Assembly: GCF_006345805.1 (NCBI RefSeq)
Contig: NC_043008.1
Coordinates: 67,270,001-67,334,000, forward strand
Length of the DNA stretch: 64,000 bases
Source of the DNA: Octopus sinensis
Taxonomy: Eukaryota
Reading direction: 5' to 3'
A program made the position numbers and the translations under genes. Every line of letters starts with the position of its first letter. The first letter of the stretch is position 1. Positions 51,526-64,000 of this stretch are shown piece after piece. Below the pieces are notes generated by a model. That model did not search any database and had not been told where the DNA came from. It was given only the letters and a program-made list of their open reading frames with translations.

Positions 51526-53119
51526 ATCATCATTATCATCATCATTGTTCGACCGTGGTCGAGACAATGGAATTTACCATGTTGCGCCAGACTTCACGGT
51601 CCATCATAGCATTACGGAGGTCCTGTTGCTGGATGCCTGTATCCCTGGAGATTACATCAGGGTAGGAGAGTGTGCGCCCTCTGGTGTTGCGAGTAGATGG
51701 CTTCCAGAGGAGAAGAGTAGAAATTAATTCTTTTTCAGCTCTACAACAATGTCCAGCAAACTGGACTCTCCTACCCTTCACAAGAGATGACACAGGTGGT
51801 AATTTCCCATATATTTGCATTTTAGTTGGATGGCGCCTCCACGAGAGATTTTGAGCTCTCATAAGGAGGCGAGTGTAGGTTCCATCCAACCGCCTCTCAA
51901 GCTTCTTTGATAACGTCCAGGTTTCTGAGCCATATAGTAGGATTGGTTCGACTGTGGCTTTGAATATTTCAAGTTTGAAGTCTCTACTTAGATTTGATGA
52001 CCAGATCTTATGCATGTCATTACAGGCTGACCAGGCCATACCCTTTCTAGTTAGAAAGTCTTTTCCAGATGATGATATGTATGACCCAAGATATTTATAA
52101 TCAGAAACCATATTTAAAGGTGCACTGTTGAGAGTGTGGATGATGCAATCACTGTTGGACAGGCACTTGTTTATGTATTCAGTTTTGGTCTCATTAAGGT
52201 AAAGACCTACACAATTTGAGGCTTGTTCAAGAGATTGTAAAAGAGACTGGGCATTGGAGAGAGAATCACTGATAAGAGCGATGTCGTCAGCAAAATCAGT
52301 GTCTGTCAAGTACTCAGCTGGGTGTCTGGAACTTCTTCTTGGTTTTATTTCAAAGCCCTTGCCAGAGATGGTATCAACTGACATACGTAGCACATAATCA
52401 ACAACAATGATGAAAAGAAATGGGGCGAGTGTGTCTCCCTGCAGTATTCCGGCCTCGATCGAGAAAGATGATGTTTCTCCATCAGGGGTTAAGATGGTTG
52501 AAGACGTATCTGTGTAGAGGACCTTGATGGCAGAAATAATTTTGTCTGGTATCCCATAGAGCTTAAGGATTTCAAACATCTTGCACCTATCCACAGAATC
52601 GAACGCTTTAGAAAAGTCTACAAATACCATTGCAAGATCGCGATTAAATGCTTTTGATTCTTCAATAAGTCTGCGCAGGCATAGTATCTGGCTCAGCGTT
52701 GAGCGCCCATGTCTGAATCCATTTTGGTTCTTTCGGAGCTAAGGTTCAACAAAAAGGACAAGACGATTTAGGATCAGTTTGTTGTACAGTTTTGCAGCAA
52801 TTGACATTAGAGATATGCCCCTGTAGTTGGTGACGAGGGACAAATCGCCTTTTTTGGGTATTGGAATGATTTGAGACTGGTGCCAAATCTTTGGAGCGAC
52901 AAAGGTGGAAAGTGTGTGGTTGCAGAGGTTAAGCAAAAGTGTGTGAAATCTATCATCCTTCCAAATCACAGCCGGAATGTTGTCGGGACCAAATGCTTTC
53001 GAGGCTTTTAGTTGCTTGGTGGCTGCTGTTAGTTCAAATATGGTAAAAGGGGAGGTGTTGATGTCCAGCGTGTCTGATATAGGCACACTTGGGAGAGTGG
53101 GGTTATCAGGGATTTTGGC
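51526..53119 (-). mobile_element. Young 5'-truncated RTE-like LINE (RT domain, one premature stop, (TGA)n tail)
   Basis: ORFs 52739..53125 and 51542..52630 are in frame, separated by one TAG; motifs PKKGD..NYRGISL, FVDFSKAFDSV, GILQGDTLAPFLF, FADD, YKYLGS. Confidence 0.95.
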
Positions 53120-53137
53120 ATACACTCACACATATAC

Positions 53138-53271
53138 CAGTGGTTCCCAACCTTTTCACTACCAAGGACCTCTTTTAATATGCTTATCCTAATGTACGTA
53201 CATATATATGAAGTTTTGAATTTAGTTCACGAACCATCAGGGGTTCATGGACCACAGGTTGGGAACCACTG
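53138..53271. mobile_element. hAT (Charlie-like) MITE
   Basis: Perfect TIR CAGTGGTTCCCAACC/GGTTGGGAACCACTG; 8-bp flanks ACATATAC/ACATATAT. Confidence 0.85.
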
Positions 53272-53617
53272 ACATATATGACGGGCTTCTTTCAGTTTCC
53301 ATCTACCAAATCTAATCAAAAGGCTTTGTTTCAGCCTGAGGCTATAGTAGAAGACACTTGCTCAAAGTGTTACTCTGTGGGACTGAACCTAGAACCATGT
53401 GGTTGGGAAGCAATCTTTTTACCACACAACCACATGTGTAGCTATACTATGAATAGAATTATAATAATAAAATTTAGCATTTGTAAATCTATCTTTGATT
53501 CTATGATCAAACATGTAGTGACTCTATCTGAGATTGAGAGTTTGTTAAAAATGACATTTGTGATTAATCAAAATAAACTGTTGTTATTAAACTGTTCAAT
53601 ACCAACTCACTCTTGAT

Positions 53618-54919
53618 TTTACAATACAAAACTTATTTAAAATATTCACAGTTTAATAAAAACTTCCCATTATACTCTTATGTGAAAATCTTTTCAATAC
53701 ATCATATACCAAACCAGCAAATTGTAACAAAATTATTTTATAAAATCACTCTACAACTCTTTATTACTTTTCAAAACTAATTGAAGTACATATGTAGTGT
53801 GTTTTTGTTAGAAATATGATTAGAAATTAAAGAGCAATGGATTGGTAGAGTTGGGAAAGCATTTGACAATATACCTTGGAGTATTTTATTGTGTGATTCT
53901 ATGTTAGGAGTTTATATCCAGCCAAAGTGACTTTGCCTTTTATCTTTCTAGAGTCATTAAAACATATAAATACTAATCAATTTCTGGGCTTGGTTTAATC
54001 AATTTCCACTCTCCACAAAAAAAGAAAGAAAAAAATGTGTTCTTGTGTGACTATATGACTTTAATATCATTATATGATACACACTCCCTGTTTTAACACT
54101 TTCATTATCAACCTGGTTGAAACTGGCTCTGGCAGTACAAATGTCTTGTTTTCATAAGTTTTGAATTAAAATCTTCCACCAAACCTTACTCACAATTTAT
54201 GTTCCTAATACTAGGTGAATGATGACGAAGTTATTTTACTAAATTCTTTGATATATTTAAAGTAATTGAAAGAAACACAGAGCATCTCAAAATAAATACA
54301 GTAACAAAAGGGTTAAAGTGGTCTATTTCTTTTTAATTTATGTTCCAAGCACCAGTTTTATAATACAAAATTGTTTTACTAAATTCACAATGTTTTTAGA
54401 ATTAATTGTTGAAACAAAAGCAGTGTATTTCAAAAGAAATATAGGAACAAAAGGATTAAGAAAATGAATGAGAGTTCAGCAAAGTTATTATCATAGATTT
54501 GTACGTTTGTATTCCTTGTGAGGGAAGATATAATTGTTTTTGAAAGATTATGATAGCACTTGGGCAATCAGTTATCAGAATCTGTAGAATGTTGCACTTA
54601 TGTGTTCTGTTTTTTTTTTTGCATTCTGAGTTCAATTACTTCCAAGGTTAACTTTGCCCTTCATCCTTCAAATGCTTTCCCAATTCTGCCAATCCATTGC
54701 TCTTTAATTTCTAATCATATTTCTAACAAAAACACACTACATATGTACTTCAATTAGTTTTGAAAAGTAATAAAGAGTTGTAGAGTGATTCTATAAAATA
54801 ATTTTGTTACAATTTGCTGGTTTGGAATATGATGTATTGAAAAGATTTTCACATAAGAGTATAATGGGAAGTTTTTATTAAACTGTGAATATTTTAAATA
54901 AGAAGTTTTGTATTGTAAA
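53618..54919. repeat. Local inverted duplication, arms 53618-53866 and 54668-54919
   Basis: About 250-bp near-perfect reverse-complement arms, 801-bp spacer. Confidence 0.95.
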
Positions 54920-55419
54920 TATGTATCGGTCAAGTACCTAGGTTGATTAATTCCTCTCTTTGTCTCTTCTTCACGGCAGAATTGGTTGTACCATGTGTAG
55001 CTCATGGACTACCCCTCACTGTGTGCTTTTCCCATCTTCCAAGAATCTCTTGGTTACAAATCTCTTCTAATCTAGCATGTTACAAAAACAGTCCAAACAA
55101 GTCAAGAAACACAGCAAGCATGGCGGAACCAATGCATTGTACAGTACAAAAATGAAACAAAAAAAATAATAACAATAAAAGATGACAACATGAATGTGTG
55201 TTTAAGGAAAGAGATAAAAATTAAGGAAGTTTGGTAACAATAGCCATGTGAAAAATGTATTTATAAATCTCATGTGACATTTAATTATGCACTTTTAACT
55301 TAAATCCTGTTGAGTTTTTACTGTAGCTTTTGTTCTTGTATGGTAAATAAAATAAGTACTAATAGTGATAAAATCAAAATTGATTTTGAGTCAACGATAG
55401 CTTTTCTTTATTATTATTA

Positions 55420-58400
55420 TTATGGCAGTGAGCTGGCAGAATTGTTACCATGCCAGGCAAAATACTTAGCAGCGTTTCCTCTGTCTGCACATTCTGAGTT
55501 CAGATTCTGCCAAGGTCAACTTTGCCATTCATCCTATTGAGGTCAATAAATTAAATACCAGAAACACTGGGATCGATTAAATTGACTAGTCTCCTCCCAC
55601 AAAATTCAGGCCTTGTGCCTCTAGTAGAAAGGATTATTATTATTATTATTATTAAGGCAGTGAGCTGTCAGAATTGTTGCGACATTGGACAAAATGCATA
55701 AGAGTATTACTAATAACTCTTTATGTTCTGAGTTCAAATCCCACCGAGGTCAACTTAGCCATCTCTCTGGAGTCAATAAAATAATACACCTGTCAAGTAT
55801 TAGGGTCAGTGTAATTGACTTGCCCCCTCCCCTCAAAATTGCTGACATTTTGTCTTAAATTAGAAAGACTAATAATAATTTTTATTGCAGTTGTTAGGGT
55901 GGTAGATTGTCAGAATAATTAGCTCATTGGACAAAATGCTTTTTGGTATTTGGTTTGGCTTTCTATATTCTGAGATCACATCCTTCCAAGGTCAACCTTG
56001 CCCTTTCAACCTTCAGGTCTTGATAAAATAAAATACCAGTCAAGTATTGCGGGGAGGGGTCGATTCAATTGACTTTGTGTCTAAATTTGAAACAATTATT
56101 ATTGCAGTTGTTGTTAGGACATGGAATGGGAGAATTAGTGGAGCACCAGACAGAATGTGTTAAGACATTTTTGCTAGGTTACTTTGCATTCTAAGATCAA
56201 ATCTTGTTGGAGTCTTTTACTTTTATCCTCCTTTGTTGTTTAACTCAAGGCTAAGACATTCTAGCTATGACCATCCTACTGTTTTGTGTATCTAAGACTA
56301 CATTAGCCAGATGTGTCCTTTTATTTTTAAGACTGTTGAATGTGATTTATGAGAATCCATCTGCTATTTCTAACAGTTTGAGTGACTGCATGGAGGCTCC
56401 AGCATTTGGGAATTCCTAAAAAAGTTTTAAAAAAACCCAATTAAATATTGGTGGGGTCAGTTTAATAAACTGTACCCACCTCTAAATGTACCTATGTTGT
56501 TAGGATATTGGGAAGCAGAATTCATAGAATACCAGATGAAATACCATGAAGTATTTAGTTAAGTCATTGTCCATTTTGAGTTCAAATACCACCTGGGCTC
56601 ATTAAATAAGTACCTGTTATGTACTGGAGTTTGATTTGATTGCTTGCACCCATTCACAACATGGGTGGCCTGAACCAATATAAGAAATTAATACCCATGC
56701 TTTTAGTTAACTGTGTTCAATCAGAATCTTATTTCATGGAAAGGATCCTTTGAGCTCTGAAGAACTGTCTTCAAATCTTGCACACTGTATACCTTGTGCT
56801 GAAATGAAACCATTATTATTAATAATAATATCAAATAAGTGGAGAGCTGGCAGAATTGTTTGCATACTTAGTGAAATACTTAGCGGTATTTCGTCTGCTG
56901 CTATGTTCTGAGTTCAAATTCCGCCGAGGTCAGCTTTGCATTTCATCTGTTTGGGGTCAATAAATTAAGTACCATTTGAACACTAGGGTCAATGTAATCG
57001 ACATGTCCCCTCCCCCAGAATGGTTGCCCTTGTGGCAAAATTTGAAACCTTTATTATTATTATTATTATTATCATTATTATTGTGAGGGCAGTGAACTGG
57101 CAGAATTGTTAGCAATTCAGGCAAAATGCTTAATGGCATTTTGTCTGTCTTTATGCTCTGAGTTCAAATTCCACCGAGGTCAACTTAGTCATTTGGAGTT
57201 GATAAAATAAGTATAAGTCGAGCACTGGGGTCAATATAATGAACTTACACCTCCCCGAACTTGCTGGCCTTGTGCCAAAATTTGAAACCATTCCTATTAT
57301 TGAGTGAGAGAGTAATGAATGCCAACAAAGTGATTCTGGAGTACAAATATATGAAGCCCAATACACCCATCATGACTACACATCTGATAAGGGTACACCA
57401 GGCACATGCATCACAGCTATATGTGCACAACATAGTGATCTCATATCAAGATGAAGAGCACATGTCCTTGCATTGGGGCCCAGTTAGAATTTTCTTCAGG
57501 CCGAGAAGCTCATCTCGCTCAAAAAAGGTCCTTGAATAAGATTTCTTTAAGGATGTTAAATGAAACATGTCTCCTGAGGTGAAGTATTCAAACCCCAAAG
57601 AATTCCTCTCAACACATGGCTATGATGTTCCCCTACTACTTCTGCTCATGATCAGAGATGTACATATCGTTAGCCACTAAGGGACATGCTCAACTGGTTA
57701 AGGTAAAGAACTGACCAGCAAATCTGTGGTATTGAGCAGAATATTTGCTGTAACCCATCTTTTATGCCAGGGCAAAACATGTACATGGTAACACTTCCAA
57801 TCAGTTACGATCAGAAGCCAAGAAAGCCACTGCCTGCTATTGCATCTATTATTATTGGTGGTGTTGTTGTGAAGATAGTGAGCTGGCAGAAACGTTAGTA
57901 TGCCAGGTGAAATGCTTAGCGGTATTTCGTCTGCCGTTATGTTCTGAGTTCAAATTCCACCAAGGTCGACTTTGCCTTTCATCCTTTCTGGGTCAATATA
58001 TTAAGTGCCAGTTATGCACTGGAGTCGATGTAATTGACTTAATCCCTTTGTCTGTTCTTGTTGGTCCCCTCTATGTTTAGCTCCTTGTGGGCAATAAAGA
58101 AATAAGATTTATTAACGTATTGCATAAACTGCTTAGAGGCCTTTCTTCTGCTTTTACATTCATAGTTCCAGTTCTCCTAAGGTCAATTTTGCCTTTCATC
58201 CTTTCAAGGTCAATACAGTGAAGTACCAGTCAAGTGAAAGTACTGAGCCTAAGTGTTAGAATGTTGCACTCACAATAACAAGATCATAGTTTTCATTACC
58301 AGACTGGGTGGTGTGTTGCATTCTTGAGCAAAACACTTCATTTCATGTTGCTCCAGCCCACTCAGCTGTAAGTGGGTAACCCTGTGATAGACTAGTATCT

Positions 58401-58600
58401 CATTCAGGGGGAATGTTGTGATTTTGGTCATTTATACTCTCTGGAAACCAAGTAACAACCCTATGAATCCCAGGGCTTGAGATACTAATGTAAAAAGACA
58501 AAATATGTGCTGGGAGTGTTGATGTAATTCACTATCCTTCTCTTCATAAAATTGCTGGCCTTGTGCAAAAATTTGTGTCCATTATTATTGTTGTTGTTCT
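55420..58600 (+). mobile_element. Head-to-tail cluster of about 8-10 tRNA-derived SINEs with (ATT)n tails
   Basis: Repeated unit gagctggcagaa...ttctgagttcaaattcc...gaggtcaactttgcc...aataagtacc starting near 55425, 55655, 55900, 56840, 57087, 57877. Confidence 0.85.
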
Positions 58601-58607
58601 TTTTCAG

Positions 58608-58777
58608 TGATGAATATGACTACCTGCCTGTTGATCAAGCCACACAGAATCGGAGTCCGGTGACACTTGTTAGCCACAAGCTTGGAATAGAGTTTTGGAG
58701 TGTAAAAGTTCTTTTCCAACATGCCTACACAAAACTCCTGGCTTGGCGGAACAGAGAAGCCAATTCCAAATATCTTG
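58608..58777 (+). CDS. PTAR1: PTAR1 coding exon 2 (DEYDYLPVDQATQNRSPVTLVSHKLGIEFWSVKVLFQHAYTKLLAWR...); gene continues beyond the window
   Basis: ttctttttcag| acceptor, G|GTAAGG donor, 170 nt; resembles human DEIGLIPCPEARYNRSPIVLVENKLGVESWCVKFLLPYVHNKLL. Confidence 0.9.
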
Positions 58778-59033
58778 GTAAGGTTCCATTTTTGTTACTA
58801 TCTCTATTTTCTTCAAAGTTTGTCGAAACAGGGAGACACATACACACACACATACACACACAATGAGTGTCTCAGTTTGTGCCTACCAAATTCACTCACA
58901 AAGCTTTGGTCGGCCTGGGACTATAGTAGAAAAACAATTACTCAAGGTGCTGCACTGAACCTGAAACTATGAAGTTGGGAAGCAAACTTCTTCACCAGAC
59001 AGCCATGCCTGTGCCTATGTCTACTGTACTATT

Positions 59034-59244
59034 ATTTGTACTTGTGACGGCGTTCACCCTGGGCGAGTTGAGCCGTTTTCTTCTTTGGTCCTAATGGCAT
59101 CACGAACCATGGTGGCCCACGCTCGACGGTCCTGTGTGAGGTCACTGGAGACAGCGAGCCATTCGCGGTTCCATCTGTGCAGACCTGAGAGTTCAGAGAG
59201 GTCCTCCTTTATCATTGTTGCCCAGGTCTTCAGCTGCCCACCCA
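59034..59244 (-). mobile_element. Short RTE LINE 3' end with 12-bp target-site duplication
   Basis: GGQLKTWATMIKEDL..QDRRAW C-terminus; TACTGTACTATT at 59022-59033 and 59245-59256. Confidence 0.85.
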
Positions 59245-59519
59245 TACTGTACTATTCCACCACCATATCACTTTCCACAAATCTGCAACCTTGCACCATC
59301 CACAGATCTAGTCTTTGGCTTACAGCTGGAACTCCTAGTTTTGTTTTTGAGACTCCCTCTCATCTCCTTCCTTTTTGTATGTTTCACTTAATATATCTTC
59401 AAACTTCGATGTGACTAAGGAATCTTTCTTCCTTACCTTTCTTCTACAAATTGTCTTGTATTTCTGAATCCATTTACCTCTTATTGTAATATCACTAATC
59501 TATATTGGTATATTCTTCA

Positions 59520-59800
59520 CTTGGGGAAAGACTTAGTATTCACAACCAGCTGTCTGTCCCATTTCTTGGTGTGTATGAATTCTCTTTCTGGCTTGCATGT
59601 TCATCATATTGGTAAGTGATCAGAAGAATAGCCAGTATCCTAAAGCTAGTGCTACAAATGGCTAAGTGGTTTGCATCATAGAACTCAAAGAGCCTTGCTT
59701 CCACTTCATTCCTTACACCATATTGATAGCCTCTTTGTACACTGCAGTAGCTGCCTTCATAGTGATTCCTGATATGTTTATTGAAGTTTGCTAACCATGA
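59520..59800 (-). mobile_element. LINE endonuclease fragment (decayed)
   Basis: YGVRNEVEARLFEFYDANHLAICSTSFR resembles the RTE motif G.RNE.G.RLLEF...NNL.I.NT.F. Confidence 0.65.
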
Positions 59801-61125
59801 AAAAGGATTTACTATCAATAATAAATCATTTTATTCTCATATTTTGGTTAAAATACATTACCTAATATTTCAATTAATTTTGAAAGTAATGAATTTTAAT
59901 GAAATTATTTACCAATTTATTAAGCTGGTATTTAGAACTTATATAGATTTGAAATTTTAAAGGTAAGTAAGTATTAGTTTTAGGTCGCACTGAGCAGGAA
60001 GCTTGTATCATATATATATATATAACCAACAGCAGTTTCAGATGAGTTTGATATTGAAAAGGTTGAAGGTAGTGTGCATAAAGACCTTATAGAAATGGAC
60101 ACATTTTGTCATGATATCACATGGTAACTGTAAATGAGTGTTACTGTCATACAAGTGGTTTCCTTTATTTCAAATCTTTATTGGGAACGTCTGACTACAA
60201 GGAATATTATCTTGCTTAGAAACAGGCGAAGGTTGGCAACAGGATGGGTATCCAGCTTTATAAAATCTGGCTCAACACATTGTGTCCAACCTATACAAGC
60301 ATGGAAAAAAGGATATTTAATTTATGACACTAGTACTACTGTTTAAATATTCTCTAAAATGCAGTGTTTTTGTTTTGTTGTGTTTTGTTGATAAACAACT
60401 TCCTTACACAACAAAACTAAATACACATTTAATATAACCGAATTATCTGTTAGCTTACTCTAGGCTAATTTTTCCACAGTGCATAAGAGCTTATTAATTT
60501 TATTCTTATCTTTAGATACACTGGCATTGAGCAAAAAGAAAGCAGCCCTCGCTCTCTCTCTCTCATAGTCTGTTGTAATTACCATGGTCTGGTGCCTCTG
60601 TTCTCTTAGCCAAGTAAACCGAAGCATGTAAAATTAAGTGACCTACTATAAACTACCTGCACTGACATATGATCTCACTATCTCTCAGAGTATCCAGTAC
60701 CTCAGCTCAAACCATTCAACCATTTCACTGCTCCTGTCATCATCATCATCATCATCATGGATATTGCTGTCAAGTGGTTTTTAATAAACTATGTGGCCTC
60801 CATTGGACATTTATTGCCAACATAAGCTATAATTGAGAACTTGTCTGCCGTAGAAGCTACTGGTAAAATTAAAGGTTTGCAATAATCTAAGTTGTTTCTA
60901 CTCTCAGCCACTCAGTACTTTTCAATAGTAATTGTGCTACTGAACAGATATTTCCTTCACAAGGCTTGCTTTGGTAATGTTTCTTAACTAATTGATATAA
61001 TAGTGTTTTTGGTTATGTTTTTCTTTTTGGGGATGAAATTGCATTTCTTTTTCTTTATTTTGTAAGCATAATATTCTGATTACAGGTTAAGTTCACTGCC
61101 ATCAATTCACTGCAGGTGTGAAGGA

Positions 61126-62434
61126 GGAAAATGAAATGTTAGTTTACTTTTTTAATCTTATAGTCAGAAAGGAAGACAGTGCTCAGGACCCTTTATAAAG
61201 GCCTTGAGAAGGGTGGGAGGAACGACCTGGTTTAAATGCTTCTCACAGAGCAGACTCTGCTTAAAACACCCAAGGACCAGGTAGTGATGTTAAACTGGGA
61301 AATGAATTACATCTACCACTTAGGTAGGCAACAGCAGGATTTGAACCAAGAACATAAAGAGCTGGAACAAACACCACCATTCACCACGAAAATATATTCA
61401 TAGTATCGCATCATTATTAATAGCTAAAAACCATTTTATTGAAAAAAAAAATGGTGAATTGATGACAGTGAAATTTCCCTGCAGTGAATTCATGACAGCA
61501 AACTTACTGGAATGTAATATTCTAGTTTATTAGAAAAATATGTTTACAAAGTGTATATTATTGTATGTATCCTGGTTTTTAGAATAGATTAACTATCCTT
61601 GGGTGTTGTAAGCAGTGGCTAATGGGGTCTGCATCATCAGGAAGTGCATCCAGTCATAAAATACTGCTTCAAAAGTCCTGTTCAACATATGATAGCACAG
61701 AAAAAAATATAAAAACAACAATGATGATGATTTGGTGGACTAGCTTGATGGACAAAATATGGCACTCTGGAGAGATATATCCATAACTTGATATTGCCAA
61801 CATCTATATATTTTCTGGTACCAGTCATAGTTAATTTTATATGTTTTAATAAGAGGTTATAAAAGAGTAGATTAAGTTGTTTTGATGATTAACCTTTAAG
61901 CACTCATATTACTCTGTCAAATGTTATGTGTATTCAGCAACTTTGTTTTAAATTAATGATGTATTATCATGTTGCTTCAAGATTTTGATCGTGTGATTGC
62001 ATATTTTTGGAATGACATTATAAAGTAGATGTGAGAGGTTACATATGACTGAACATAAAACAGGTACAATATTTAAGCTGGATATGGCCAGTTTAAATGC
62101 AAAGGGTTAAAAAATGAGGCCAACTTATCAACTTGGGTGGTTGACTTGTGGATTCAGTACTGTCTTGTGCTGTTTGTTCCAGCTCTTTATGTTCTTAGCT
62201 CAAATCCTGCTGTTGCCTACCTAAGTGGTAGATGTAATTCATTTCCCAGTTTAACATCACTACCTGGTCCTTGGGTGTTTTAAGCAGATTCTGCTCTGTG
62301 AGAAGCATTTAAACCAGGTCTTTGATTTGAGAAGAGGTTCCTCTCTCCCTTCTCAAGGCCTCTATAAAGGGTCCTGAGCACTGCCTTCCTTTCTGACTAT
62401 AAGATTAAAAAAGTAAACTAACATTTCATTTTCC
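61126..62434. repeat. Local inverted duplication, arms 61126-61373 and 62171-62434
   Basis: About 250-bp near-perfect reverse-complement arms with one indel of about 15 nt, 797-bp spacer. Confidence 0.95.
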
Positions 62435-64000
62435 CCCATCTCCTTTCCCTCCCCTCCTTTCTCCTCCCCCTCATTCCCACCTCTCTTCTCTTCCTATCCC
62501 CCATCTTTTCCCTCTCATTCCCCCTCTCTCTTTCCTCTTCACTGTCAGACAGAAAACTAGTTTGAAATATTAGATTCTATACTCTTCATGGCAATTGCAC
62601 TTGCCAAACTCTCCTAACTACTACTGATAATGTCCATCACCTCTTCCCTCAGATTCCTGATTTTAGTTCACTTGGTTGTTTGGCAATAGGCACCAGACAT
62701 TAAAAGAATGTATCCTGTATAGACTACTAGCACCTTCCAAAATTAAGTATGTCTGTCTCTGACCAGTTTAATGCTTTAAAATTTGATGCAAAGTCTTCAG
62801 TCTTTGGAAACTTTAGACCCATTAAAATAAATGTTATTTTTCAGAACTAACAATAGAGCCTGTATGCAGGTGCTCATGCTTTACTCAGCCTGCTAGAAAT
62901 AACAACCAAATCTCCCTTAAATCTTACTTTAACATCTTTAAAAATGGAGGGTCATATTGAGTAGTAGAGTCATAAATATATTATACTGCAGCTAGAGTAC
63001 CTTTGATCATAGGTCTACTTTATGATTTGAGCTGGGTGAAATCCCTTCCTGCAGTTATGGAGTTATAGATATTCAAGAACAACATCCACTACATTAATTT
63101 CATCAGTCTCAGTGGGCTAGCAACATCCATGAGCTAAGCACTGGCCTTCTCTCCAAACCAAATCATTAAACAAAAAATTTAATTCATCATTTTTGTGAAA
63201 TTTTTGAAAAAGTAATTTACTCTTTCACATTCCTTGAGAAAGTTATACCAAACTTTGTTATAAAACTCAAAAAATACTTGATAAAATGTTCTATTTAGAA
63301 TACCTTTTAGACCAGGGTTTGTATAGTTTATGTGTGTTTCAGATGAATGAATTTAATGTTCATTTGATTGGGATGGGAACTTTTATTGTGTAAGCATAAA
63401 TTGAGGCAACAAGAGCCATAAATTGGGGTCAAGTTGATAGTATACCAGAGCTACTGACAAAGAGCCTCTGGTTCAAACTTTGTTGTTGACACAGTGCTCT
63501 GACTGTGAATAAAAAAGACCCTGTTCTCTAGCAACACTCCCTACATATCTATAAATAGGTACATAGAGCAGTATAAATATGTTGCAGTAAGCAATGAAAT
63601 CATTATAAAAATTGATGCATTAACGAAGCACTAAACTTATTACAATATTTGATAGCATATATGATGCACATTTTACTCCAGAAAATGTCAACAAAAAAAA
63701 AAGTTATACAGGTCCTACATGCAAAGTTGTACCCTATAACACCTACTTTAATGCACAAGAAACTTTTTTACCTGAATATGTTCAAAAGAATGTGTTCTGC
63801 TGAAATTGGAGTGCATCTAATATGCCCATATGTCTTTTATGCCATCAGATATGGTATATAGAGTTTCGAGTTCAAATCCTGTCAGAGCTGACTTGTAATT
63901 TTCGTCCTTCAGGAGTTGATGAGCACCAGTGATGTTCTGGGGTTGAACCCATTCAGTATACCTCTTCCCCTACAAATCTGTGGCTTTTGTACTATTTGTC

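Noticed and set aside
55420-58100. tRNA genes
   Set aside because: A/B-box-like heads belong to SINEs; no full cloverleaf is visible.
60500-60570. Possible PTAR1 exon 3 after ttatctttag
   Set aside because: The phase-compatible frame stops after about 17 codons and does not resemble the expected PTAR1 continuation.

Overview
AT-rich, intron- and repeat-rich eukaryotic DNA; the SINE/LINE repertoire points to an octopus (inference). Two genes lie head-to-head about 15 kb apart. A complete 9-exon PDCD7 (U11/U12 snRNP 59K protein of the minor spliceosome) runs on the minus strand from 30729 to 374 (735 aa, all introns GT-AG). The first two coding exons of PTAR1 (prenyltransferase alpha-subunit repeat protein) are on the plus strand at 45886-45950 and 58608-58777. 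The rest is tRNA-derived SINEs, RTE LINE pieces (one young), a Penelope-like element, a decayed Ty3/gypsy element, a deleted piggyBac with TTAA MITEs, and hAT, Tigger, mariner and Merlin remnants. Top finding: deep in PDCD7 intron 3, three perfect sense-strand U12-type 5' splice-site motifs (ATATCCTTT), two of them in tandem, sit inside a candidate 208-nt poison exon with a premature stop. This matches the U11-binding splicing enhancer (USSE) feedback loop known from the 48K and 65K genes, here in the 59K gene. Also notable are several local inverted duplications (possible dsRNA/ADAR substrates) and decayed hammerhead-ribozyme cores. All coordinates were read by eye; no searches were run.
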